Below are positions 10,791 to 24,276 of a stretch of 64,000 bases of DNA, one piece after another. The position numbers and the translations under genes are program-made. Within the stretch, counting starts at the first letter, position 1; the number at the start of each line of letters is the position of its first letter. A model generated the notes under the pieces. That model made no database searches. It had not been told where the DNA came from and saw only the letters and a program-made list of their open reading frames with translations. Source of the DNA: Lytechinus pictus (taxonomy: Eukaryota); NCBI RefSeq assembly GCF_037042905.1, contig NC_087253.1, positions 2,108,001 through 2,172,000 of the forward strand, given 5' to 3'.

Positions 10791-12877
10791 TTTGATATAC
10801 AACATCGATATTCAAATGCAAATATTTGAATCGCGAATAAGCTGTTCAATTCGGAGATCTATTTAACGACATATTGGTAAACAACCAACTTCTTATTTCA
10901 GTCTGAATATACATGATAAACATTAAATTCATTTACCAGTATAAGTCTCTTTATAAAGGACGTGAGTATGGAGAAAGAACAAGGATGAAAAGAAAAAAAA
11001 TATTTATTGACACATTGTTTTTAGTGGGAAAGCATATATGGGATTTCCCTATTTTTTTCCTGCAGTTTCTTTATTTCTTATTTCTCATTGCGTCAAATGT
11101 TTTCTTATTTTGTTTACATCCTTGTGCTTTCTCCGCATATGATCTTCAAAAGAGATGTTACGGTTATATGAATTCTAATAAATGTTTATCATGTTTATTG
11201 TTTAATTTCATACCCATTAGTTACGAAGTCCTACCATGCCTATAGACCTATTCATTCACGTCATTTACACTTATTAGGCCTACTTGTTGCAATGGGTAAT
11301 ACCTCATCAAGCTTTCAGATCGAAACATACGTATACGAAGAGTTTCTAATTGTTAGTGTCAGTGATCGGGTATATAGCTGTCACAAGGGAACTCGATCCA
11401 CCTACGTTAATGTTATCATTATTCTATTAAAGCGTGCATGTATGCCCTTCATAAGAAGTTCACAGCAAACATTGGTGGGGGCAAAGTTTAGTGGAATGAT
11501 GTAGATCAAATCCTTAATGTAAATGTTACTCTCATTATTGCATAATTGAATTTGGACTTCGTATCCAATCGAACTCAATGTTGACTTTGTACTTTGTATC
11601 TAATCGAACTCAATAATTACATTCAACATGCTGTCTGCCAATGTTTCAATTTTATTATGCGCTATATAAGAGAAGTATTATTATTATTATTTCATTCATT
11701 TGTGTGAAGTTTCATTTGAATTTGAAACAAGACGAAGGCTCAATAGGTTCCAAAAATCTACCTGGGCTCTCACTTAACTTTGGAGTAAACAAACGTGCAG
11801 GGACCGCGGTAAGGTTTTGAAGGGGGGGGGGGCTGAGCCAAAAGTGGGGGAGGAGGGGGTCTGACCATGCACAAAATCACAATCAGACGGTCGTTTTAAG
11901 TTTTGGTGCACGGTTGTGGGGGGAAAAATTGGGGGAGGGGGCTGAAGCCCACTCAGCCCCCCTGTTTCCGCTGCCCCTGATGTGTGGTGTGAATCGTAAA
12001 GACTAAGCTGCTCTTTCCCATGTCATGACGATCCCAAATCAAACAGTCACAGAACGCGATAGCATTCCATTTTCTATTCATAGTCGATTACTTTATTCAT
12101 ATTTAGTCTTCTTGAATCTCATTTGAATTAAAGTCCGTTTAAAGCCTCCATAAAAAAGTTAAATTAATGTGAATCGTACTCGAATATCACGTAATAATCA
12201 AATCCAACACTAGTTCAGTGGCCTTCTATTTTGTTTTATTTATTTATTTATTTATATATTTATTTATTTATTTATATATTATTCATTAATTCATCTGTGT
12301 GTTATTACTATTATTATTATTGTTTTCATTATCATTTTTATTAACATTATTTAGTCGTTTATCTATTTATTATAATATTATTTATATTATTATTGTCATT
12401 TGTCAGTACTATCATTATTACTATTGTCATTATCATTTTTGTTTGTTTGGGGGAGGGGTCCCCGAAGTCCAAGTTAAAAGTAAAGACAAAGCTTAAAACG
12501 AGATGATCAGAATTGTAAATGAAATAAACCTTTGAATGATGATGAAAAAATGTAAACTCTTATGACCCTTTTTTCCACTTGTACCTTTTTATCAAATTGT
12601 CTGATTTATGTGTATTTCTATAATATTTTTTTTTCAATGTGATATCCCTGTTATCGTTATTCATTAGGCATATCATCATTCATTATGCATTTTATGTTTT
12701 TACTTTCTGTACTGTCTTCAAAATGATAAACAATAAATTGATTAATTTTTATTTCTTTGTATTCATTATTATTCTTTTGTGGAGTGGGAATGATTCTTTC
12801 TGCATGAAAGTACTAAATGTGGTTGTGTCCTTATTTACAAATCTCCACACTTTTCCCAGATATAGATATCTTGAAAC

Positions 12878-15800
12878 ATGGCTGACGTGATAACAAAACT
12901 CAAACGGGATGATGACAAGGCTTGGTTCAATGTAGAATGGTCTGATGGTTACAAGGCTCGGTTCCCATACGTCTTCCTATTTGATAACTGCCGATGTCCG
13001 AAATGTTTCCACCCGAATTCCTACCAACGGTCCGTTCTCATGGCTAACATCGACCCGGATATCCGACCGGCCGGACACGAGATCATAGAGGGAGGAAAGG
13101 TTATTCAAGTCACGTGGCCGAATGGTAACGTGAGTCCGTACCCCGCTAAATGGCTCAAGGTAAGTCAATAGTTAATTAGTGGGTGACAGTAAAGATTAGT
13201 AAGTTGACATTCTTATTCATGAACCAGCAAACTTATAACAGATCACGGGGAAGTTTGATAAACATTTCTGCATGGTACACTTAAATTTATAAGAAAGAAT
13301 AGGACAACATTGGCCCTGTTGCTCTGTCTTGGTAACAAAAATTAAATATTACCCAAAAGGCTCTAAATTGGGCATTTTCACTGTGCAGCACATGTTTATT
13401 CATTGAGACCATGCTATGACTAGGGGGGGGGGGGGGGCTTGTGGATCATCGACCCCCCCCCCCCCCGCCCGCCGTTTAGAAAGTTTACCCTAAACATTTC
13501 TGGCTAATTGCGCCACCTAATTCATATACATATACGATTGGGGTAAAATGTTTCATTTATGTATCGACTCAAATCAAAATCACTTCATATAAGGCCTATA
13601 CTATTTTCTTTTTCAACCTGTCAGATGCATCAATTCGGCAAGAAACCGTACGACCCCTTAGAGTCCCTTGAAATCAAATCATGGGGAAAGGAAAAACAAC
13701 AAGATATTCCAACATTCAACTACAAAGAAGTCATGGAAGACAACAATGTTCTTTATGAGTGGCTAGTCAAATTACTCACAGACGGCATCACTTTGATCAA
13801 AGGAACTCCGGGCGTAGAGGGCGTAGTAGCAAAACTTCATGAGAGGGTGTCATGGACAAGAAGGACTATATACGGGTAAGTCTGGTTCGAGAGAATGGTT
13901 AAAGAAAAATCGTTCTGAAGTGGAGGAGGTTGTAGGTAGGGTTGAGTTATTGGGATCACGGAGAACAGGGCCAGCAAACCCCTCTGAGAAGGTCTCACAT
14001 ACAAGAAGGACTATACATGTATATGGGTAAGTCTTATTCGAAAGAATGGTTCAAAGTATCTTCTCTAACTAGGGGAGTTTGTTCAATGATCTGTATAAAA
14101 GAGATCATTGGGTTTGTTAGGAATAGGGATGAGTAATGGGGATTATAAAGAATATGGCGTCTTAGCAAAGATACATGAGAGGGTGTCGTGGACAAGGATG
14201 ACTGATGATAAAAGATTAGTCTGACTCGGAAGAATGGTCCAGGGGTCCGTTTCATAAAACTTGTTACAATAACAAATTGACACTAACAGTTATAAGCTAC
14301 TGAAACCGTTTATTTGTTATAAAAATCAATCATTAATTATCATAGCAAGTATTTATGAAACAGGGCCCAGATGGTCGTTCTAATATGACAGTTTTGTTTA
14401 CCCCCCCAAAAAATGGTAGAGTTATATGAATCAAGACAAAGAGGGCATCTTAAGGCTCTGTCACATCGCCCGTATCTCACGCGCAGTTGCCCGCAGAAGC
14501 GCACGCAAGTCTGGTTTGCACACAGAAAAGTTTTAAAGATGCCAAAAACTTTGTTGCGGGTGAGTTGCGGGCAATCACCCACAGGGCCTTTAGCAGATCG
14601 CCATCAGATGATGTCACGGACAAAAAAAGATTATACGGGTGAGATTCAAAAGTCTATTGAGGATCGTTCTAAAATGGAGAAATGTGATGTCCTTCGATTG
14701 AAAGGGCAGCTGCTCCAATGAAGCACTTGCTTGTTGTAATTCCAGTGCTAGAAATTCACCGGTTAAACCATGATCAAAATAATGGGCAATACTGCAACGC
14801 GTGAACATTTGTTTTAATGTTCCTTATATTAGTGTTATAATTATGGAATTGATATCAATTTTTCTTATATTCTGTAGCGAGATATTCAACGTGATCACGA
14901 TGTACGATGCCTGCAGTTTGGCTTACACTGCTAAGCAGCTCGGATTGCATGTTGATCTCCCAGGCTTTTACCAGACTCCGGGGGTAAGAATGCACTCTGA
15001 CACATTTTTAGTCAAAATTTAATTTAAGTATTAATCGGAGATGACCATGTAGATTTGACTAGTCGGAATGACTCTCACTCAGATCATTAGATCTCACCAT
15101 CAGGTGCTACTTTTTAGGTTTCCATATACTTTATTTTGACAAGACCTAGTAAGATTTGACTCTTCATTGAGTGTGATTAAACAAGATTACCAGAAATCAC
15201 GCCAATAATCCTACCCTACCATCCTATTCTTACTGTATTTCAACTGAATTCATATCACTGTGCAATACTACTTTTTAAACATAAACACAATTTACTTCAT
15301 AAATCATTATCTTCGATGCTTATTGTAAATTCATCTGTGCATGATTATCACACAAGAAATAAAAATAAATATCATTTATGGACTGTTAATAGAAATTATG
15401 TATCATTTTCATTTAGACACCATGCACCAGTTGTGTGGAATAATCTCCCCATTGCAATACAGTCTCTCAACTCAATGTATGCTTTTAAAAGCGTACTTAA
15501 ATTCTGTCTTTACTGCACTGCCTGTTTTTGTTTTGGGTTTGTGCGGACTTTGTATCTTGTTGTGTTCTGCTTTGTTTTCATTGTACAATTATCATGATTA
15601 TATGCCCATTACCTATTCATACATTTTCTTTACTTAAATATGATTTATAACTGCATTTAATCTAATTATATACTGTATTTATCAAGGGTGGTTATCCAGA
15701 CAATTCCTTTTGGTTTTTTTATGACTGCCCTATTCCAATACTGATGTGTTCTTTTTATATTGTATATCATATTTTAATATTATATTTTAAATCTTTCACT

Positions 15801-18800
15801 GCTCAAGTTTTCACGCAATTGTATGATATGTGTATATTTTATTGGAATTAAATAAATAACTTGAATTGAATTGAACCATTGATATGATTCTAGCAAAGTA
15901 TTATTCAAATCGAAATGACCAGCGTTTTAGTAATGTCCTCAAAGAAAAGAAAACACTCATATTAGTCAAAATTGATGAGAGTAGTAACCAGTTTAGATGA
16001 TCAATCTCGGCATCGTTTTTCTGGGACGCTTTTATAGTTTTTTTAAAACAATAATGATGATCTACTTCCTTTCCCCTTGCATTGTCTTTTTCCGTTTTAT
16101 TCGTTTTCACTACGTGAAATATCATAAGGGGGCGGTCGCCCGTAGCCACTTCCTGACATGAGAATGTTTATTTTCATTTATGTATGCCATATTTTCACTA
16201 CTTTGAAAAACAAAATAGAACTGGTGGGTTTAGTAATCGGTGGTGTATCTGTTAATAGGCATTCAGGAAGCAGGGACCAATGAAGAAATGCTGCTCACAT
16301 GAAAAAAGGTTTCTGTTTTAGAAACCCAGAGTGATACAAAATAACAGAAAAAAATCTACAGTTTAATGAACAATACCAATGGTAACACACACGAATAATC
16401 ATCCAATTACTGGTGGATCTTTTGAATTGATCGCAAACTTCAGTATCCAAGGCCCTGTTATCCATTTAAAAAAGATTTCAATATAATTTTCATTATTATA
16501 TTTACCACATCTTGGGCCCATTGCATAAAAACTTTGCCATAAAATACTCTGGCAAATTTTTTACGAGTAATTTTCAATGGCATAATATTAACGGTCGCTC
16601 TTAAATGCCGATGCGTGCATGATATGCAACGCGCGATCTTATTGATAGATAAGCAGTAGTGCGCGTCCTCATGACACGATCTGACCAATGCGGTCAAGTC
16701 TTTCATACCGTATACGCAACTTGGTATTTAAGTGCGACTCTATGTCATACTTAAATCTTTGTGAAACACCCCCAGGACTCATCAGCCAATCAAAACAAAG
16801 GGACCGTTTCATAAAAACTCCAGCTAGACGCCATCTCTATGGAAAGCCAAACTGAACAATTATCGTGTTTGATGACGGGCATAAGGTTTCCATAGAAGCT
16901 ACCATTATCTTTAATCTTAATGAAACATCCCCTGATTTCTTTTAAATTGTCATGTAATGTTCATCGTTCCAGGTTCAGATGTTGCATTGTATCAAGCAAG
17001 TCGATTCTGAAGGAGGTGATAATGAGTTTGTTGATGGGCTTCGGGTAGCTGAACAGCTTGAGCAGGAGTATCCTAAGATCTTTCAGAGATTAACCACCAT
17101 GAAGGTTGACTTCAGGACACTAGGGGCTGAGTTTGTACCTTACCATACTATGACGCAACGTCCTGTTATTGAGTGAGTTCATTTTGAAATCATTGTTACC
17201 AAAGATACTACAAGGGAAAGATCGGACAGTACACAGAGCGCGCAATGAAACGTTCGGGAAGAGCGCCCTACAGCGTTCAGTAAGATTTGTGTATCGCGAT
17301 ATGGGGTATCCCAGGCCTAATTCATTTCCCATAGACTCTTGTGTTAAGGTGGCACTTAAAAAAATTTCATAAAAAATAAGGAGGAAATTCGAGGGTTGAA
17401 TGTTTACTACCAGTGGACAAGATATATGTCTGACATTTCATATCTGACCAGAAAAGGGTACCTCGACCGGCTCATTTTAAAAAGAAATCGGCATTTATGA
17501 AGACTACACCCGACAGGATCAAATTCATCACTGGAGAGAGTAAAATGGCCCTAATCATTCCGCCAGTAAAAAAATAGTTCCAAAGTAGTGATATATCTTT
17601 CCAATTTAGAAAAAGGAAGTTCAGTAGGTACCCTCCCTTGAATCAGTGTTAAATTGTCCATCATATTCATTTTTGTCAATCAGCAATATCAAATTTAAAA
17701 TTGAGCAATGGGTTGGCTCGAAGAATATCTTTGGCCTGCCAGTTGTAGTTAGGCCCGTGTGACCATGGTTGTGTACAAAACATAATTATGAGAGAAATGG
17801 TGGAGGGTGAAGGAATAGACGATTCGTGCATCTTAAGATTTTTTTCTTCCATTTTTTTTTGGAAATTAGAGATGAATTTATTTCACAGGTTTCTGGGTAA
17901 TAAAAGGTGGAATTATTCCCATGCGCTGCCCTTGTGCCCTCTCCAAAATCCCCCATCTCATTTCCCCATATGTTTTCTACACAGCAGCGTGCCGATGTGC
18001 GATGGTTTACTTACTCAATGCTAGTTGGGCGCCCTTCCCCATGAACATTAATCGTGCGTTTCAAATATCGTCGAAGTGTCCAATCTTTCTCTTATAGTAT
18101 CTTTGTTGTTAACTATCATGGGAACTGTTTCATAAAGAATTACAACTGCCTTTAGCCATGATGTCATGTTGTAAACCCATATCCTATTTCCACATAGCAG
18201 TGTTATAGACAGGTCTTCATACCGGGGGGGGGGGGGGGGGGGGTTGAGGTGAAGACGACCCTAAATTCATGCCATTTTTTCTCGATTTGTTTTCTTTTCG
18301 CAATTATGGCAACATAATTGGTTATGTTGATTGCGACTGACTGCCAAGTCATGCTATCACGGTAGCTACCCTGATGGTAAAAGTATAATAGTTGTATAAT
18401 TATTTACTTTAAACCAAACAGGCCTCTGGTTACCATTGTGCTGTTGTATTTCAAACACTAGGAATCAGTTGCATGTTTTTCCTTTTTTCCACTAGAAAAA
18501 TGGCATCATAATATTTCTATTTTTCATCATCATCGTAAAATACATTTAGTCACTAAAGAGACTGCAAATATAAAAAAAAGTTGCATTTTCTACCCATGAA
18601 CTGCTCTAGTAATATTTAGACGTTGCTTTATGCGAGTATCATTTATTTGACCAAAGGCATGCCCTGTCCTTTCTGTAAGATTATTCCGTACAAATATCAT
18701 GTATATGCCTGTCTCAAATCCATATCTTATTCACACTGGGCAGTGGCATGGACAGGCCGTCATACCTGGAAGAGGGGAGGGGGGGGGGGGTGGCAAGACT

Positions 18801-20023
18801 GCTTAAAGGTGACATCATTTTTTTATGAATTAAACTATAAGAGTACACCTCCCGAACTTCTCATATGAGTTGTCTTCTTTCCTCTTTTTCCTTATCTGCA
18901 CCACTTTTTTTATACTCCTCTTTTTCACCCCACCCCCCTACCGTGACACCGCTCCTGAATAAATGCCTTGTAACATTGATACCCGTTTCAGGTACGACCG
19001 AGAAGGCGTCTTTCAAGGTATAAACTACAATGATGGTGTGAGGGCGCCCTACTGGTCTCTGCCCGTTGAGGAAATCACGGAAGGATACAGGGCTATGAAG
19101 ACGTTTCATCGAGCAATGTACGATAAGAGAAACTGCATCTACTACAAAATGGAAAAAGGTATCTACTTATTTACTTCATACAAACGCCTATCCTATTTTT
19201 GAGCATCTGTTTTCATTTGTGATGAAATCACCTCTGGTAATATCTCAATTGTATTTTTATGGTTTCGTTGATCAAGAATGAGAAGTAATTTCTAACGTGC
19301 AATGTACCTGCTTCAGATAGGATGCGTAGCTTCCAAACTGTAGTTGTTGCTATTAAAATACTTTAAAGCTTGTTTACAGTCTACTTTCTTTCTTTTATTT
19401 TCCTTCAATGGACATTATGTTTGTGTGTGGTAAATGCAACCAAGCTTTGCCATTAAATGGGGGTCAATTTTTAGACGATGCAAAGATAAAAATAAAACCC
19501 TGTGCATAATGTGAACCACTGCTCGAGGACTGCTGAGGGTTTCACGATTATTTTTCACCAAATGAATTTTTCACTTTTATAACAAATTACTAAGCATGTC
19601 CATTCCATAAAGAGTGAACTAAAAAGATTATGGAGTGAAAATTTATGTTTTTCATTCATTTTTGAGTGATTGTTGGGAACTTCAAATTTGTGTTTTTCGT
19701 TCATTTTCTTCTGATGGATCATTGTTCAGGTCATTTAAAATGATCAGAATTTTCACTCCCAGTCCAATCATTTTATGGTTATGTACTAGGGAAACCACTC
19801 TTGTGAATGAACATTTTCCACTATTTCCCCGCTCCTCTCAGGTGACATGGTTATCTTTGACAACCGTCGAGTCCTCCATGGTCGTCTTGGCTTTGAGGTT
19901 CACGTCAAGGAAGGAGAAGAGAGCAAGAAGAGACATCTAGAAGGAGGATACCTTGATTGGGATGGCATCAAATCAAAGATGAGACTCCTACACGAGGAGA
20001 TACATGGACTAGAACGGTTTTAA
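12878..20023 (+). CDS. BBOX1: Gamma-butyrobetaine dioxygenase-like (Fe(II)/2-oxoglutarate dioxygenase, carnitine biosynthesis), 395 aa; coding exons 12878-13159, 13625-13875, 14878-14983, 16973-17172, 18992-19158, 19842-20023
   Basis: N-terminal DNCRCPKCFH Zn-knuckle; LAYTAKQLGLHVD (HxD iron motif); QMLHCIKQ..GGDNEFVDG; GDMVIFDNRRVLHGR (distal His, Arg); RHLEGGYLDWD. All introns are GT-AG with consistent phases (0,2,0,2,1); 1188 nt total. No N-terminal mitochondrial presequence, which favours BBOX over TMLHE. Confidence 0.93.
15225..15875 (+). mobile_element. 5'-truncated LINE (CR1/L2-group) 3' end in a BBOX intron
   Basis: Degraded ORF2 C-terminus (VHDYHTRNK...SFRHHAPVVWNNLP...FKSVLK), AT-rich 3' UTR, AATAAA then (TTGAA)n tail. 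Confidence 0.8.
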
Positions 20024-20414
20024 TGATTTTTCAAAACGGACGGGGATGTCTTTTGTTGGTAGATTTGTGCATATCAAAAAAGGGAATCCATTCCAAACTG
20101 AAAGTTGTTTTTACATGAAAAGGAAGAATCAGACAGATAGGTGAACGTTCGAACAATATCAAACAAGAAAATAAGATAATTATGAATTTTCGAAAGTGGT
20201 TAAAAGTTTTAATCATTATACCTATGAAGATTTCAAATTGGCCACATTGTTGATGTCAATGTGGTGAAGGGTATCATGGTCAACTCTTTCGTTTTCAAAA
20301 GTTATACTTCAAATTATATTTTTATTGATGAGGATATGACACGATATGCCCTGATGATAAATGGTGATTATTTTTACATGATCAATACGAAAGCATGATT
20401 GCTTGTAAATAAGC

Positions 20415-20595
20415 AACCATAGGACCGACGGCTTCAGGTCCTCTCCGAGTGATCTGGTAATGAGGATAAATGCCTACTAAAAGGGCACCAGAGCGCTAAA
20501 TTGGGGTAATAATAATAATAAGCCGGGGTAATAATAATATTAACAACGCGCCTCGGAATAGAATATTTCTAGATAGATGGCGCTATATAAATGCC

Positions 20596-20635
<40 letters not shown>

Positions 20636-20685
20636 CGAACCAGGGTCCGAAATGCCTGCTCCACCGATTGAGCTATCGCGCCTCA
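20415..20685 (-). mobile_element. tRNA-derived SINE interrupted by an oppositely oriented retroposon 3' tail (about 20508-20633)
   Basis: The minus strand begins GAGGCGCGATAGCTCAATCGG (A-box) ... GGTTCGATT (B-box). The plus-strand insert ends GGCGCTATATAAATGCC(TAT)n. Confidence 0.6.
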
Positions 20686-23570
20686 CTCTCTGTAATGTAT
20701 TTATATATTTTGATTACCTTTCCAGATGAATAGGTGCTCATGGAAAAAAAAAACAAATCCTTGATAATCAAGTACACAGCCAATTGTCCCTACCACTTGT
20801 CATAATTAACTTACTGAATAAGTTGTCAATTTGAAATTCTCATAACATCATTATTTAAATGGCCATGACGTTCTTATTTCTTGTCCATTTTCTTAAATCT
20901 CCACCAATCAGATTTCTCCCCTCTCCAACACAATTTTATGGCCACGATTTGAATCTCTAATCTCTAATAGTTTGAATCTCTAATCATGATTTTACATTAT
21001 TTTTACATCATTATTTTTACAACATTATTTTACATGTAGTGTTTCTTGCATTTTGATTTCTATTTGGTGCATTTCAGGAAAAAAAGATAAGTTTCCATGG
21101 AAGTAATAAGATTGACATGTGAAGAGTTTAACTGTGTATACAAAAACAGTGTGTGATATTTTATGTGTGTTCTGACAAGATGGATTTAAGCATTTTCAAT
21201 GAAAATGAAGGTACGGACCTGAAATTGCTCCCGTAATATTTTAATAACTTCAAATTAATGTATATAGACTTGCCATTTTCTACCCGTAATTAATCTCGGA
21301 AATACATAATGTTAGTTCACCATTTAAAATGGCAGAGTATTTTTTTCTTAAACACTTTGAACATGCCGGATTTAACATGGTAATGATGATTTCAATCCAA
21401 TGTGTTGAATTTCAGCACAGAAAATTACAATACATTTTATGCTGATGTTTGAAGGAGAATGAAATACATGTATATTCATTGATGATACCTCATTATTATT
21501 CGAGTACAGTTTTTGTAATTGTATATAGAAAGATATTTTATTTCAGATTTATATAAAGCTAGATATGAAATTTTAATTCACATAAAACTAATATTCCATC
21601 TGATTCTCAAATGTATTTTTATAAATTCTTTTTAAAGTTCGTGTCTTTAAGATGGCCAATGTATAATTGAAAGTAAAAGGCTAATTTTTGAACGTCGAGA
21701 TTTTAGTATTATAGTTTTCAATGGGCAATTTCATAACGATTTGAATGTATCTAATGTGAGTTTTTCAATGGCAATACTCGATAAGAATATTCAGGTTGAA
21801 GCTTCAAATTTGAATATAAGGGATGATGCAAATATTAATTGTAATAATACAAAATATTTCGATAGAGCACGTATCCACCTTTTTAGGTGCCCAAGGCGCT
21901 CCTATAGTTACCCCGGCTAAGCCTCGGCTACCGATTCCGATATAATGCAGATAATATAATGTTGATATGATTTGGTTACTAGATATGCTTTCAATGCAAA
22001 ATATACATTGACCTTGAAATCAAAAGTCTCTTTTGTGTGTGTGTGTGTGTGTAGTGATGTGTAATCCTGTGTTAATCAAGAAAGGATAAATATCTGTGTA
22101 TGTTGGGAAGGGGGACTGGGTGGGCTTTACCCCCACTTTTTTTTCCAAAACCGTCTATAAAAACAAAAAAAATGACTATTTGATTTGTTTTTGCATAGTC
22201 AGCCCCCCACTCTGGGCTCAGCCCCCACCCCCACTGTCGAAACCGTTCCGCGGCCCCTGGATCCATGCACTATTAAAACAGATAACAGTAAGATAATTCA
22301 TTAAGAACTTGTCGGGTTACCCCAGTTGTTAATGGGGGGTTTGAAAACTCCCAGCAATTTTTTTTTTTATTCAAATGCCTTTGACCCCCCCCCCCAAAAA
22401 AAAAAAAAAAAAGACCCGTAAAAGAGCAAAATGCGTCTGAGATGTCCACGCATATATCACGTTTAATGTTATGGTTAACCGCTCATGCCTCATTGCGGCC
22501 TTAGCATAATTTTAACAATTTTACCTTGTACCTTGTAGTTCCATTCCCTGAAGTCCTCCACCAGGAAGGGTAACTCAGGGCTGACGAGAGTGGGAGTATT
22601 ATTACTCTGTTTTGTTTTGTTGCAGGTTTTGCATGTTTAGTTTTAATTAAAGTATGTCAGTGCTTTTGGAGAATACCGTATCGGCTGTGAGACTATTCCA
22701 GTGGGAGCTTCAGGGAAGAAGGAATTAGCCAGTTGGGTGGTTGTGATGGAATAATTTATTTGTTTATTTATTTATTTTTTAAATTTATTTATTCATGCAT
22801 TTATTTATTTATTTATTTATTCATTCATTTATTTATTGAATTTTATTTTTATTTATACAGGTTACCTTGAGAAATCACATCGTAAAACAAAAACACATTA
22901 AAACATAATTTCAAAACTATGTGTCATTTGATTCCCTATTTCAATGTAGAATAAAATGTAAATGAAGTTAATTGAAGTGAACATTATTGTACGCGGAGGT
23001 ACCCGTCTTATGTGGCATCAAAACTACTAAGAAAAGATTTCCCTGTCGTAGAGAGAAGGGAGTCTTTGCAAGAGCCATGCAAACGCTTTCTGGAACGTAG
23101 ATAATGAATTGTCAAATGCCCTTTATGATAATGAAGTCTTTGTCGAGGGTCGTCGGTGACTTTGGGCAAACGACATATTTTCGACTTTCGTCAGCTCTAA
23201 AAGGTCGGATGAAACTTCTGTTCCGATTACCGACCCTCGATAACAGCTTCATCTTGATTTGACGTGCATTGTCAATGCGTTTGCTGTGTATTCCGTGTAG
23301 CTGACCAAAAATTTGCTAATAACGTATCATGGAACAGTCAGTGAGTTTAACCGACGATTTGATTTAAGCTACTGAAATCCTTGCATCTGATTGGCTCAGA
23401 GCAAAACAGTCGGTGGAAATCATTCCTATTTTTTTCATGAAACGCTTCCCAGGTCTCAGGCATTTGGAGAGAAATATTATTCCAACATGGCTTCAGGGTT
23501 GTAGATCCTTATGCTGAAGATCTATCTTTACATATATAAAGATAATAAGAATTAAAGAATTAAATGAAAG

Positions 23571-23747
23571 GTTAAGAACCCACTGCACTGTTCGTATAAC
23601 AGTAGGAGGAAACCCCGGTGTAGTGGTCCACCTGCACTCCCCCAATCAGTTATATCGGGAGGAGAGACCTGCGGGTCATAGTGATTCAGTTCGCCTTTCG
23701 CCTCCCGGGCACAGGTGACGCCAAACAAATAATAATAATAATAATAA
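23571..23747 (+). mobile_element. 5'-truncated SINE carrying a Deu/Nin-like central domain
   Basis: GTTAAGAACCCACTGCACTGTTCG..AGTAGG..CCCCGGTGT resembles the Deu domain of DeuSINEs as I recall it. It is followed by a CGGGAGG...CCTCCCG stem and an (AAT)n tail. Confidence 0.6.
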
Positions 23748-24114
23748 AAGATTTGGTCCTTTGTTAAATACAACCCTCGACTCTACATCTATCGTAATCA
23801 TTTTCTCCAGACCCCCTTTTACATGTTTTAATATCAATCACTTTCTTCCTTCCCTTTACATGAATATTTCGTGAGAAGAGGGGGGGGGGGGGTGGGGGTG
23901 GGCGGCATGGCCCGGTTGATTTGTTTAGCTTGCCACAGCACTTGTCAAGAAATTATGGACCTAATCTGGTTATAAATGCAACATCTGACTTGCACTTTCA
24001 AACTTTATCTTTCAACTTTTTTGCATCTTTTCTTATCTTTCACACCTCCTTCTTTATCTCGTCTAATCTCTTATACTCTTTTTTACTTCATTTTTATAAT
24101 TTTAATATTGACCC

Positions 24115-24276
24115 TCGTCATCACCACCACGACCACAACCACCACCACCACCACCATCATCATCATCATACCACCCACCAACACCATCGTCATCATCATC
24201 ATTACTATCAGCACCATGATCATCATCACCAACCATCACCATCATCGTCAACATCATCGTCATCATAATCGTCGTC
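24115..24276. repeat. Imperfect (CAC/CAT)n trinucleotide microsatellite
   Basis: Directly visible. It explains the His/Thr/Asp-rich spurious ORFs here. Confidence 0.95.

Noticed and set aside
17232-17770. CACAGAGCG start suggesting a Transib/RAG-like transposon end
   Set aside because: Probably a repeat fragment, but I could not find a matching right TIR or 5-bp TSD.
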